Of a stretch of DNA of 33,233 nt, positions 17,824-26,798 are shown one piece after another (within the stretch, counting starts at the first letter, position 1; each line of letters starts with the position of its first letter). Position numbers and translations under genes: made by a program. Under the pieces are notes generated by a model, which worked only from the letters and a program-made list of their open reading frames with translations, was not told the DNA's origin and made no database searches. Source of the stretch: Pseudomonadota bacterium (lineage in GTDB: Bacteria > Bdellovibrionota > FAC87 > UBA2466); assembly GCA_043767805.1 (NCBI GenBank), contig JAYUGC010000077.1:1-33233 (forward strand). The letters are read 5' to 3'.

Positions 17824-19104
17824 CGGTAGGGGCTCTATTTTTCCGACCACGAAGGCGTAAACCAAGGCGCCGAACAGGCCCACGCCGGCCGCGATCGAGA
17901 GACAAAGCACGTAATCGTTCTTCGTGAAGTCGAGCACGTAGCCCATGAAGGGGCCAAGCACGATGCCCGCCATATTGGAGGCGCAGTTTTGAATGCCTCC
18001 CAGGGAACCGACGAGATTGGGGGACGGAGCGACGTCGCCGGGAAGCGCCCAGACTCCCGCCGCCGCGAAGGCGAGGCTCGCGTAGGAGAGGGAGAGGAGC
18101 GCCACCGCGGTTACCGTATCGGGCGCGTGAGCCGCGAAAAAAATCACGGAAGAGCCGAGCATGCCGAGCACGATGGGAATCTTTCTGGCGGCGGTGAGAC
18201 TCATGCCTCGGCGATAGAGGCGATCGGATAGAAGACCGCCGCACCAGCCGCCGACGGAAGCGATGAGAGGCGGAATCATGCCGAGCGTGCCTACCTGCAT
18301 CGCGGTAAAACCGCGCGCCTCGCGGAGATACGTCGGAAACCAGGTGATGTAGAAATAGATGACGAAGCTCAGGCAGAAAAACCCCAGCGCCATGCCCCAA
18401 ACCGTACGGTAGGCAAAGAGATCGCGCCAGCGCATCTGAGCGGAGATCTCGGCCTCTTTGCTCTCCGACCTCGCCCCTCCGTCTTGAATGTATTTCAGCT
18501 CTTCGGGAGTGACCCAGGGGTGCTCTTCGGGCCGGCGATAGAAGGCGTACCAAAGGCTCGCCCAAATCACGCCGATGACGCCACTAACGACGAACGACCA
18601 CCGCCACCCGAAGTAATAGAGAATCGCGCTGACCAGAGGCAAAGACAGAGCGGTGCCGATGCGCGAGCCGCTATCGAAAATCGAGCTGGCGACACCCCGT
18701 TCCTTTCGGGGAAACCACTCGGAAGTCGCCTTGGCATTGGAGGGATAAGCGCCCGCCTCCCCGAGGCCCAGGCAAAGCCTGAGCGCGAATAGGCTGCGAA
18801 AACCCGTGCCCGCGGCGGTCAAAGCCGTGAAGAAAGACCACCAGAGACAGGCTCCCGTATAGGTGAGCCGAGCGCCGATGCGATCGACGATCCAGCCCGC
18901 GGGCAGCTGGCCAAAGGCATAGGTGAAGAAGAAAGCGCTTAGAATCAGGCCCATTTGGCCCTTGGTGAGACCCAATTCCGCTCGGATCATCACTTCCGCC
19001 ACGCCGAGGTTCGCCCTATCGATGTAGTTGATGGCCGTGCCTAAAAAGGCCATGCCGATGATGAGCCAGCGCACGCCGGGCCGTTTTCCGTCTCGAGTTT
19101 TCAC
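17812..19104 (-). CDS. MFS transporter, anion:cation symporter (DgoT/ExuT/GudP-like sugar-acid) type
   Basis: INYIDRANL, GWIVDRIGAR, GLGEAGAYP, EWFPRKERG and TWFPTYL motifs, with about 12 TM. Confidence 0.9.
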   Translation of the reverse strand: MKTRDGKRPGVRWLIIGMAFLGTAINYIDRANLGVAEVMIRAELGLTKGQMGLILSAFFFTYAFGQLPAGWIVDRIGARLTYTGACLWWSFFTALTAAGTGFRSLFALRLCLGLGEAGAYPSNAKATSEWFPRKERGVASSIFDSGSRIGTALSLPLVSAILYYFGWRWSFVVSGVIGVIWASLWYAFYRRPEEHPWVTPEELKYIQDGGARSESKEAEISAQMRWRDLFAYRTVWGMALGFFCLSFVIYFYITWFPTYLREARGFTAMQVGTLGMIPPLIASVGGWCGGLLSDRLYRRGMSLTAARKIPIVLGMLGSSVIFFAAHAPDTVTAVALLSLSYASLAFAAAGVWALPGDVAPSPNLVGSLGGIQNCASNMAGIVLGPFMGYVLDFTKNDYVLCLSIAAGVGLFGALVYAFVVGKIEPLPLRK

Positions 19105-19112
19105 GTGGCGGG

Positions 19113-19153
19113 AAACTACTCGGTTTGCTCAAACGCCGCAAGAGCACTAAGCT
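19113..19153. promoter_or_regulatory. overlapping divergent sigma70-type promoters (MFS and radical SAM) with a central palindrome
   Basis: Minus: TTGCGG(19141-19136)-N17-TAGTTT(19118-19113)-8 nt-GTG. Plus: TTGCTC(19125-19130)-N17-TAAGCT(19148-19153)-9 nt-ATG. GTTTG-CT-CAAAC at 19123-19134. Confidence 0.55.
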
Positions 19154-19162
19154 CGGCTGGCC

Positions 19163-20074
19163 ATGCCGGCTCGCCACAAATTCTCGAAGATTAATCTGGA
19201 GATCAGCAATGTCTGCAATCTCCAGTGCAGCTTTTGCCCCGAGGTCATCCGGGAAAAAAGCCTCATGGCGTTGCCCTTGTTTCGCCACATTCTGGACGAA
19301 ATCGCCCCGCTGACCGAGCAGGTTTGCTTTCACTTGATGGGCGATCCCTTGGTCCATCCCGAGCTGGAAGCGATGCTCGACATCTGCCTGGCCAAAGGGG
19401 TTCCGGTTTATCTGGTGACCAACGGCGTATTGCTGATCGAGAAGCGTTTCTCGCTTTTGCTGCATCCGGCGCTGCGCCAAGTGAACTTCTCGCTGCATTC
19501 CTTCGCGGATAATTTCGGCGACAAGGATCCTACGGACTACCTCGAAAGGCTTTTCTCCTATACGGAGCTCGCTTTCAATGAGCGGCCCGATCTCTACATC
19601 AATTACCGGCTCTGGGATCTCAATGAGGTGCGAGGCACCATGGCCCATCCCGATGCCATGCTGGCCCGCCTCGAGTCGCGCTTCGGCGTCACCATCAAAC
19701 GCAACTTCGATGTCGGCCTGCACAAGGGCCGGCTCTTGAAAAACCGGCTCTACCTTCATTTCGATACGGAGTTCGTGTGGCCGGATCCCGCGCTTCCTCT
19801 CTTGGGAACTAAGGGCACTTGCTACGGGTTATCGTCTCACTTCGGTATTCTCGTCGATGGAACGGTGGTTCCCTGCTGCCTCGATAAAGAAGGCAGAATT
19901 CCTTTAGGCAACATCAAGGACAGTCGGGTCACCGCGATTTTGGAAAGTCCCCGCGCCAAAGCCATTCTCAAAGGCTTTCGCGACGGCAAGCTCGTCGAAG
20001 ATCTCTGCCAGCGCTGCAAGTACATCGAGCGCTTTCAATCTCAGAGAGCGCCCGCTTCGGCCTCACTTAGGTAG
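19163..20074 (+). CDS. radical SAM protein with C-terminal SPASM/twitch-type domain
   Basis: CNLQCSFC (CxxxCxxC), MGDPL, VTNG, and C-terminal CYG...GILVDGTVVPCCLD...LGNI...CQRC. Confidence 0.9.
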   Translation: MPARHKFSKINLEISNVCNLQCSFCPEVIREKSLMALPLFRHILDEIAPLTEQVCFHLMGDPLVHPELEAMLDICLAKGVPVYLVTNGVLLIEKRFSLLLHPALRQVNFSLHSFADNFGDKDPTDYLERLFSYTELAFNERPDLYINYRLWDLNEVRGTMAHPDAMLARLESRFGVTIKRNFDVGLHKGRLLKNRLYLHFDTEFVWPDPALPLLGTKGTCYGLSSHFGILVDGTVVPCCLDKEGRIPLGNIKDSRVTAILESPRAKAILKGFRDGKLVEDLCQRCKYIERFQSQRAPASASLR

Positions 20075-20204
20075 GGCACGGCGAAAAAGAACGTGGGTGG
20101 GAGCTTTTGCTTTTCTCTCTCTGTTTTTCTCCGCCCTTTTCTTTCGCTACTGCGAGCGGCCGATCACGGCGTTACGCGAGCGCTGGACGATCAGCCGGCG
20201 CCAG

Positions 20205-20729
20205 TCACGCGGCTTGCCGGGTGTCGAAAAGGACCTCGTCTTTATGCTCCCGGCTGAACAATAAGCTCCCGGTCAGCCCCAAGGTGATTCCGTAGAGCAC
20301 ATGCGCATTGAAGCTGACGAAGCCAAGCAGAGCGGGATCCGACGTCAGTCTGCCGAAGATCCCTAAGTCCGCCAGCGGCGAGAGAATGATTTGGGACAAA
20401 AACCAAAGCCCCACGCCGAAGCCGAGCCCGAACCCCATGGTACGTTCCGGAAAGTAGCGCTGTTCCAAAGCGTCGAACACCAGGGGAAAGAGCACTGAGC
20501 CGATCAAGAAATGGGTGACCATGCCGAGCCACCAAGAAGCGGAGTAGGTTACGACTGAGCCCTCTGAAAAGCCGCGGACCAGTCCCTTGGCGAAATCGAA
20601 CTCTGGCAGACCCAAGAAGGAAGCAACGGGCTGGGCCACCAAAGTGACTAGCAGCGTTCCAAGGAATCCCCCCGCGACTAAAATCAACACATGACGGGAT
20701 CTTTCGTTCGAAAGTGTATCGCCCCTCAT
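20205..20729 (-). CDS. 4-TM membrane protein of unknown function
   Basis: GGAGG RBS before ATG 20729, four hydrophobic helices, and His in THFLIG and AHVLYG. The longer ORF-track extension is antisense shadow of the kinase. Confidence 0.75.
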   Translation of the reverse strand: MRGDTLSNERSRHVLILVAGGFLGTLLVTLVAQPVASFLGLPEFDFAKGLVRGFSEGSVVTYSASWWLGMVTHFLIGSVLFPLVFDALEQRYFPERTMGFGLGFGVGLWFLSQIILSPLADLGIFGRLTSDPALLGFVSFNAHVLYGITLGLTGSLLFSREHKDEVLFDTRQAA

Positions 20730-20786
20730 TGGCTTGCCTCCTGTTAAAGGGAATTCTAGTCTCACCGTTTCGGTACTCAAAGCCAA

Positions 20787-20802
20787 TGCAGCGGATGTGC
20801 CA
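20787..20802 (-). promoter_or_regulatory. candidate sigma54 promoter inside a perfect inverted repeat
   Basis: Minus strand TGGCACATCCGCTGCA (GG-N10-GC), overlapped by GCAGCGGATG-tgc-CATCCGCTGC (20788-20810). Confidence 0.6.
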
Positions 20803-20942
20803 TCCGCTGCGAGCTCAACGGTATCGAGGAAACATCCGTCGAAAGAACACGTGGTACCGCGCATTGCCCAACCCTTCAATCGGCGGTAAATAATAAGACG
20901 TAGTGTGGGGGTATGGTGGAATTCCACGTAGCGCGATTGCCG

Positions 20943-23105
20943 ATGAACAAGCGAGAGAACCGAAACTTGGCGCCGGGCTCCCCACAGCTCGAGCTGCTCC
21001 TCGTCGAGGACAATCTTCCCGACGCCCTTCTCACCGCCGGCCTTTTGGAGTCCGGAGAGTCTCCGGTAAAAGTTAAGACGCTTTCCGACGGTGAGGCGGC
21101 CCTGAATTTCCTGTTCCAGCGAGGAGAGTTCGCGGGAAGCCCCATTCCGGATGCCGTCATTTTGGATCTCAACCTTCCCAAGCGAAATGGCCTCGAAGTC
21201 CTGGCCGAAATGCGGGCTCATCCTCCCTTGAAAACGGTTCCGGTCTTCATTCTGACCAGCTCGAGGAGCCGCGAAGACGTCACCCGGGCGTATAACCTAG
21301 GTGCCTCGTTCATTCCCAAGCCCACCGAGCTCGCCGAGTTCGAAAACGTCATCCGGCGCTTGCTCACGATCGATCTGCCGCGCGTCTGTCACGGTAGGCC
21401 CCAGCCCGAGCCGGCGCCTCCGGCTCAGAGCTTCGACCGCAAACCCGGCGGAGATCGCACCGCGGGTTTCATGAAATTTTTCGCCGGCCTTTCGCACTCG
21501 CTTCGCACTGAGGCCGATCCCATTAAAGCGTTGCAAATTTGCGTCGATCAAATCAGCTCGGTTTTGGGATGGCCTGTCGGGCATGCTTATCTAGTGGGAG
21601 ACGACCAACGCGGCCCCCTTGTCGGCTCGGGCGTATGGTATCTTTCCGAACCGGCTCGGTTCGAGGCCTTTCGAAAGCTCACCGAGTCCACCTTACTTCC
21701 CCCCGGTGTGGGCCTGCCCGGCATGGTCATCTCCTCGAAAGGGCCGGTTTGGCTCCAAGACATCGGAGCCTGCCCGGAGCTTCCCCGGCGGCGCATCGCC
21801 GAGGCGGTAAGTCTCAGCACCGCGTTCGCGGTGCCGATCTTCGTTGGGGGAAAGGTTGCCGGTATCCTCGAGTTTTTCTCGGATGAAGATATCGCGAAGG
21901 ACGATACGACCATTTCCGTCGTGTCCCACGCCGCCGATCAAATCGGCATCCTCTTGCAAAGCCTTGGCATGGAGGACGCCGCGCGGGAGAGCCAAAAACG
22001 GATTCAAAACGTGCTGGAGACCGCCCTCGACGCCTTCGTCGGCCTGAATGCGGATGGTTTAATCATCGATTGGAACGGGCAAGCGGAGCAAACCTTTGGC
22101 TGGTCACGCCAGGAAGCCATGGGCCGGCCCTTGGAAGACATGATCCTGCCGCAGCAATACCGCGAGTCTCACCGCCTCGGGATGAAACGATTTCTGCACA
22201 CGAAAGAAGGCCTCGTTCTCAACCGCCGCATCGAGATCACGGCTCTGCACAAGGACGGGCACGAGTTCCCCGTAGAACTCCATATTTCGCCCACCCAGCT
22301 GAAGAACGGATACGTTTTTAATGGGTTCATCCGCGATTTGAGCGATCGGAAACGGCAAGAGCCCGCGTCCAACCGAGTCGTCCAGAGAACCTCGCAACTG
22401 GAGCAAGCCAATCAGGAGCTAACCAAGTCGAACGCCGAGCTCGAACAGTTTGCCTATATCGCGTCCCACGATCTTCAAGAGCCGTTGCGGATGGTGGTGA
22501 CTTATCTGCAGTACTTGGAAAAAAGGAACCAGGACACGCTCGGCACCGAGGATCGGCAATTCATCAAGTTTGCGATCACCGGCGCCCTGCGCATGCGCGC
22601 GCTCATCGACGATTTACTCGCTTTCTCCCGGGTCGGCCGGGGCGCCCAGAACAAAGAGCCGGTCGCCTTTAACGAAGTGGTGGACACCGCGCTCTCCACC
22701 TTGAAACACGCGGTCGAGACGAGCAAGGCCCAGATCGATTGCGCGCAGTTGCCTACGATAACCGTCGACCGCGCGCAGATGGTTCAGCTCTTCCAGCAAC
22801 TTCTGTCCAATGCGATGAAGTATCAGAGCGATAAGCCCCTGCGCATTTCCATCAAGGCCGACCGGCGCGGGCCGGAATGGATTTTATCGGTGAAGGACAA
22901 CGGCATCGGCATCGATCCGAAGTATGCCGAGCGGATCTTCGTCGTCTTCCAAAGGCTAAATAGCGATCGGGAGAAATATCCCGGTACGGGCATAGGGCTC
23001 GCCATCTGCAAAAAAATAGTCGAACAGCATAAGGGCGGGCTCTGGGTCGAGTCAGAGGCCGGTCAGGGCGCCGCGTTTTACTTCAGTCTTCCGGCGAACG
23101 AGTAA
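20943..23105 (+). CDS. hybrid histidine kinase REC-GAF-PAS-HisKA-HATPase_c
   Basis: REC: LLVEDN, ILDLNLP, ILTSS, KP. GAF: GLPG...FAVPI...GILEFF. PAS: WNGQAEQTFGW, KDGHEFPVEL. H-box ASHDLQEPLR, N box LLSNAMKY, DNGIG, GTGIGLAICKKIVE. Start is 20943 or 20913. Confidence 0.93.
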   Translation: MNKRENRNLAPGSPQLELLLVEDNLPDALLTAGLLESGESPVKVKTLSDGEAALNFLFQRGEFAGSPIPDAVILDLNLPKRNGLEVLAEMRAHPPLKTVPVFILTSSRSREDVTRAYNLGASFIPKPTELAEFENVIRRLLTIDLPRVCHGRPQPEPAPPAQSFDRKPGGDRTAGFMKFFAGLSHSLRTEADPIKALQICVDQISSVLGWPVGHAYLVGDDQRGPLVGSGVWYLSEPARFEAFRKLTESTLLPPGVGLPGMVISSKGPVWLQDIGACPELPRRRIAEAVSLSTAFAVPIFVGGKVAGILEFFSDEDIAKDDTTISVVSHAADQIGILLQSLGMEDAARESQKRIQNVLETALDAFVGLNADGLIIDWNGQAEQTFGWSRQEAMGRPLEDMILPQQYRESHRLGMKRFLHTKEGLVLNRRIEITALHKDGHEFPVELHISPTQLKNGYVFNGFIRDLSDRKRQEPASNRVVQRTSQLEQANQELTKSNAELEQFAYIASHDLQEPLRMVVTYLQYLEKRNQDTLGTEDRQFIKFAITGALRMRALIDDLLAFSRVGRGAQNKEPVAFNEVVDTALSTLKHAVETSKAQIDCAQLPTITVDRAQMVQLFQQLLSNAMKYQSDKPLRISIKADRRGPEWILSVKDNGIGIDPKYAERIFVVFQRLNSDREKYPGTGIGLAICKKIVEQHKGGLWVESEAGQGAAFYFSLPANE

Positions 23106-24491
23106 CGCCGCCACTAGCAGCCACCCCCCGTACCAAATCGCAGTCATTGCGCGACGGCACCCTTCGCTCACGCAATGGATGGGATACGTAAAGCCCCACC
23201 AGTTCGGAAAATAGGGACTTGGCCTTTCTCCCATCAACCACGCGCCGACGTTCCTTAAACGGAGGCCAAGATGTCCTGTCCCAAAGCCATAAATCAGCGA
23301 CTCGCGGCTCGCCCCCGTAGCGTCGATTTGCCCGTACTCTAGTCCCTCGGGGGCGAGACAGGCTGCGATTTGAACCAGAAATCCCAACGCAAAGCAGGCC
23401 ACCGCAAGACGTTGATTGGCTTTGGCACCGAGGCAAATCGGATAGACAAAGAGCAAAATAAAATGCGCGAGATAGCGCGGCCCCCAGCACTCGCTCCCAT
23501 CGGGATCAATCGTCTTCATCGAGCAGAGAAAAGCACAGGCGACCAAAGCAAGAAGCACGGTGAGGAACGGAACCTTGAGCGGAGCCTCAATCCGTCGCCA
23601 ACCGAGAAAGCCGAGCCACAAGGGCGGAGACATCCACAGGAACCCTTTTCCAAAACCAAATAACAAGCCAAGAAATATCGCGGGCCGGGGCGGGCCGAAG
23701 AGCTTCGTCCCTCCGGCTTGCCGCAAGTACTCGCTGTACCCGCTGCTAAACGCACTTCCGAACCGCTCGTAATTGAAAAAGAGAAGGACGGCTAAAAGAG
23801 GCAGAAATCCGAGCGCGCTGTACTTCCAGCCGCGGCGATCCTTTGCGGTCGACAAAAAGACCACGGCCCCCGGCAGAAGCGCCAGCGCCGAGATGAGCCG
23901 AAAGGTCAAAGCCGCGCCGGCGAAAGCTCCCATCCAAGCCGCGGCGGAAACCGCTTTCGTCCGCCGCCACCGAAGCGCGAACGCAAAGGCGGCGGTGACG
24001 AGCGCTCCGACCGGCGCCTCTTCCTGCAAAGACTGCGTCGCGTACGGAAGCGCGAGGGTGGTCAAAAGAGCGAGCGCGGAGAACGCGAACGCCCGAGACC
24101 GGTCAAGCCCGCATTCGATCAGGAGAAGCGCCGAGGCCCACCACCATCCCAGCGCCACCAAGGGGGAATAAAGAAAGAGCACCGGAAGCCAGCGCGCGTA
24201 GCGCACGAGCTCAGGGTGGGACGCCCAAAGCCGAAGGTGATGCCCTAACCAATCGAAAGGAACGAAGAAGAGTGATTGCCCGATGCCGAAGTAGCTCGTG
24301 TCCCCCTTGCCGGGGATATGAACCATATCGTCTTGCTGGCTGAGAAAGGGAGCGCCCGTGCGCCAAAGCGCTTTGGCGACCAAAAGGCGCTGATTCGCGT
24401 CAACGTTTTGCACGCGCCCCGGAGAGAGCAGCACGAAAGCCAAAGCCAAGGCGAAAACAGTCCGCCAGGGCGCGAGCTCTAGAGCCATCAA
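23052..24491 (-). CDS. polytopic membrane protein, putative GT-C-fold glycosyltransferase
   Basis: Asp after TM1 (NVDA), SYFGIGQSL, QEE, NYERFGS..SSGY, GKGFLWMSP and WGPRYL motifs, with many TM helices. Confidence 0.65.
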   Translation of the reverse strand: MMALELAPWRTVFALALAFVLLSPGRVQNVDANQRLLVAKALWRTGAPFLSQQDDMVHIPGKGDTSYFGIGQSLFFVPFDWLGHHLRLWASHPELVRYARWLPVLFLYSPLVALGWWWASALLLIECGLDRSRAFAFSALALLTTLALPYATQSLQEEAPVGALVTAAFAFALRWRRTKAVSAAAWMGAFAGAALTFRLISALALLPGAVVFLSTAKDRRGWKYSALGFLPLLAVLLFFNYERFGSAFSSGYSEYLRQAGGTKLFGPPRPAIFLGLLFGFGKGFLWMSPPLWLGFLGWRRIEAPLKVPFLTVLLALVACAFLCSMKTIDPDGSECWGPRYLAHFILLFVYPICLGAKANQRLAVACFALGFLVQIAACLAPEGLEYGQIDATGASRESLIYGFGTGHLGLRLRNVGAWLMGERPSPYFPNWWGFTYPIHCVSEGCRRAMTAIWYGGWLLVAALLVRRKTEVKRGALTGL

Positions 24492-25087
24492 TACGCCTTG
24501 CGAATGAGAGAGCGGGTGTCCTTCATGAGGCGGTTGACCTGATCGTCGTCATTGGCGTCGTAGTAGCCTCGAATCCGGCGAAGATGATCGACCAAGACGA
24601 GCTTCTCGCTATGAATCGTCGGGTTCGTGGGATCGGTGCTGAGCTTGAAGCCGGTGCTAATCAAAGAAAGGAGCTCGTCCTTGGGTCCCGTCAAAAATAG
24701 CCACTTATAGGGATCGGCATTCGCTTTGACGGCGTAGTTTTTGAGCACTTGGGCCGTGTCGCGCTCGGGGTCGGTGGTGAAGGAGACCGAGCGAAAGTTG
24801 TCCTTGAACAGAAACTTGTTTTGCACCCGCTGAACCTTGGCGGTGATGATCGGGCACTGCATCTGGCAACTGGTGAAGAGAAAGCTCGCCACCCAGACTT
24901 TCCCGTGCAAATCGTTCGAGCCGTAAGTCGCGCCCGTTCGCTCCGTGAGAGAAAAATCGGGCACTTGCCCCAAGATGGGCAGCTCCTTCGTCTCGAAGCT
25001 TCCGGACAGAGCGAGAACGCCCACCGAGACCATCGGCATACCTACCAAGAAAAGAACGAGGACCAGAACCGGATTGATCTTTTTCAT
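24488..25087 (-). CDS. SCO1/SenC copper chaperone
   Basis: N-terminal TM, FTSCQMQCP (CxxxC), DPERDT, IHSEKLVLVD...IRGYY. Confidence 0.93.
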   Translation of the reverse strand: MKKINPVLVLVLFLVGMPMVSVGVLALSGSFETKELPILGQVPDFSLTERTGATYGSNDLHGKVWVASFLFTSCQMQCPIITAKVQRVQNKFLFKDNFRSVSFTTDPERDTAQVLKNYAVKANADPYKWLFLTGPKDELLSLISTGFKLSTDPTNPTIHSEKLVLVDHLRRIRGYYDANDDDQVNRLMKDTRSLIRKAY

Positions 25088-25869
25088 GCCTTACTTCCTT
25101 TGGAGACGAGTGCCGCCGCCACTGCAAAAGCCACCAGGCCGAATCCGCCGACTAAAAGCAGATTCACACCAAAACTAATATTCGTTCCCGCGTAGCCGCC
25201 GCTTTGCAGATAAAAGCTCTGCTTGAGCGCGTCGAGCCCATAGGTGAGGGGATTAATCCACATGAAGGGCTTCAGCCAAATCGGGGCGCGAGACACCGGG
25301 AAGAAAGACCCGGAGAGGAGCCACATCGGCATCAAGAGGAGATTCATCACGGAATGAAAGCCCTGAACCGAATCGAGCTTCCAGGCAAAGATGAAGCTGA
25401 ACGCGCTGAGCGCCAGCGACACGGCGGTAAGCGCTAGCAGCGCCTGACAGACTCCCCCGATTCCTAACGACACTCCCGCGAGCGGAGCGGCGAGCAGCAG
25501 AAGGGCTCCTTGGAGCATCGCGAGCACCGTACCTCCAGCGACCTTTCCGGTGACGAGGGACGCGCGCGATACGGGAGCGACCAGCACCGCCTGTAGAAAG
25601 CCTTCGTGCCGGTCCTCGATGAGCGATATCGTCGAGAAAATGGAGGTAAAGAGCACGGTCAGCAAGACGATGCCCGGATAGAAATACTCCGTATAGCCCT
25701 TGCCGCCCAGAGCGGTGGGAAACGCGGCGCTCAGTCCCGAGGCGAGAAAAATCCACAGGAAAATGGGCGTGCCGAGGCTGCCGATGAGCCGGCCCCGCTG
25801 CCGATAGAAGCGGACGATTTCACGTTCCAAGCCGCTTCGTAAAGGAAGCCAAAAGTATTCTGACTTCAT
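25084..25869 (-). CDS. ABC-2 type transporter permease
   Basis: EDRHEGFLQAVLVAPVSR, LSGSFFP and NPLTYG motifs, with 6 TM. Confidence 0.92.
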   Translation of the reverse strand: MKSEYFWLPLRSGLEREIVRFYRQRGRLIGSLGTPIFLWIFLASGLSAAFPTALGGKGYTEYFYPGIVLLTVLFTSIFSTISLIEDRHEGFLQAVLVAPVSRASLVTGKVAGGTVLAMLQGALLLLAAPLAGVSLGIGGVCQALLALTAVSLALSAFSFIFAWKLDSVQGFHSVMNLLLMPMWLLSGSFFPVSRAPIWLKPFMWINPLTYGLDALKQSFYLQSGGYAGTNISFGVNLLLVGGFGLVAFAVAAALVSKGSKA

Positions 25870-26798
25870 CCTTCGCTCCCTAGTCCGTCGTAGCGGCGGC
25901 CCGTGACGGAGATGAAGAAATCCTCGAGGGTGGGCTTACCCACCGTGAGCGACTCAATCTGATCCCGGAAAGAACGCAAAAGATCGCTAATAAGGTCCGA
26001 GCCCGCGTCCCGCGCAATGCGCACCTGATCGTCCACCACGCGCGTCTCGAGGGAATATTTCGACCGGATTTCCGAGCTGAGGGTTTCGGCATTGCGGCTG
26101 CGGATGGAAATGACTTCCGTGCCGACTTTACCCCGAAGTTCGGACGGCGCTCCCACGGCGACCAGTTTTCCGTGATCGAGCAGCGCGACCTGGTCGCAGC
26201 GATCGGCCTCTTCCAAAAGATGCGTCGTCGCGAGTACCGTGATGCCTTGGCGAGCGAGCGTCAGGAGATGATCCCAAACCTGGCGGCGGGCCAGCGGATC
26301 GAGTGCAGTGGTTGGCTCGTCGAGAATCAGAACCTCAGGCTCGTGGAGAAGGCCCTTGGCGATTTCCACGCGGCGCTTTAGCCCACCCGAAAGCGTCTCG
26401 GCTTTGTCCCGGCGGCGATCCGAGAGCCCGAACTCCACCAAGGCAAGATCGATGGCTCGGCTCAGCTCTTTACCGGACATGCCGTAAAGATAGCCCTGAT
26501 GGCGGAGATTTTCTTCCACCGTGAGCTTCTTATCGAGGGCCGGATTTTGAAAGATGACGCCCAGCCGGCGGCGCACCTTCGCGGGGTGAGCGAGGGCATC
26601 CTCTCCAAAAAAGGAAACGCTCCCCGATTGGGGCCGGAGCAAGGTCGCTAAAATATTGAAGGCGGTGGACTTGCCGCCGCCGTTGGGGCCCACGAGACCG
26701 AAGAGACCGCCCTTGGGAACTTCAAAGCCTACGCCGTCCAGCGCGATACGCTCCCCGTAACGATGAACGAGCGAGTCGCAACGAACCGCGGCCTGCAT
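25866..26798 (-). CDS. ABC transporter ATP-binding protein (DrrA-like)
   Basis: Walker A GPNGGGKST, signature LSGG, Walker B LILDEPT, H-loop TTHL. Confidence 0.95.
   Translation of the reverse strand: MQAAVRCDSLVHRYGERIALDGVGFEVPKGGLFGLVGPNGGGKSTAFNILATLLRPQSGSVSFFGEDALAHPAKVRRRLGVIFQNPALDKKLTVEENLRHQGYLYGMSGKELSRAIDLALVEFGLSDRRRDKAETLSGGLKRRVEIAKGLLHEPEVLILDEPTTALDPLARRQVWDHLLTLARQGITVLATTHLLEEADRCDQVALLDHGKLVAVGAPSELRGKVGTEVISIRSRNAETLSSEIRSKYSLETRVVDDQVRIARDAGSDLISDLLRSFRDQIESLTVGKPTLEDFFISVTGRRYDGLGSEG

Noticed and set aside
20079..20147. Purine/pyrimidine-rich imperfect hairpin as an ncRNA
   Set aside because: Pairing is loose. At most it is a terminator between convergent genes.
19163..20204. 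Radical SAM/SPASM protein as a RiPP maturase
   Set aside because: No adjacent precursor peptide, RRE domain, protease or exporter is visible.
20730..21221. N-terminal 164 aa of the 338-aa minus ORF
   Set aside because: Runs antisense to the kinase receiver domain and through the promoter region. The RBS-backed start is 20729.
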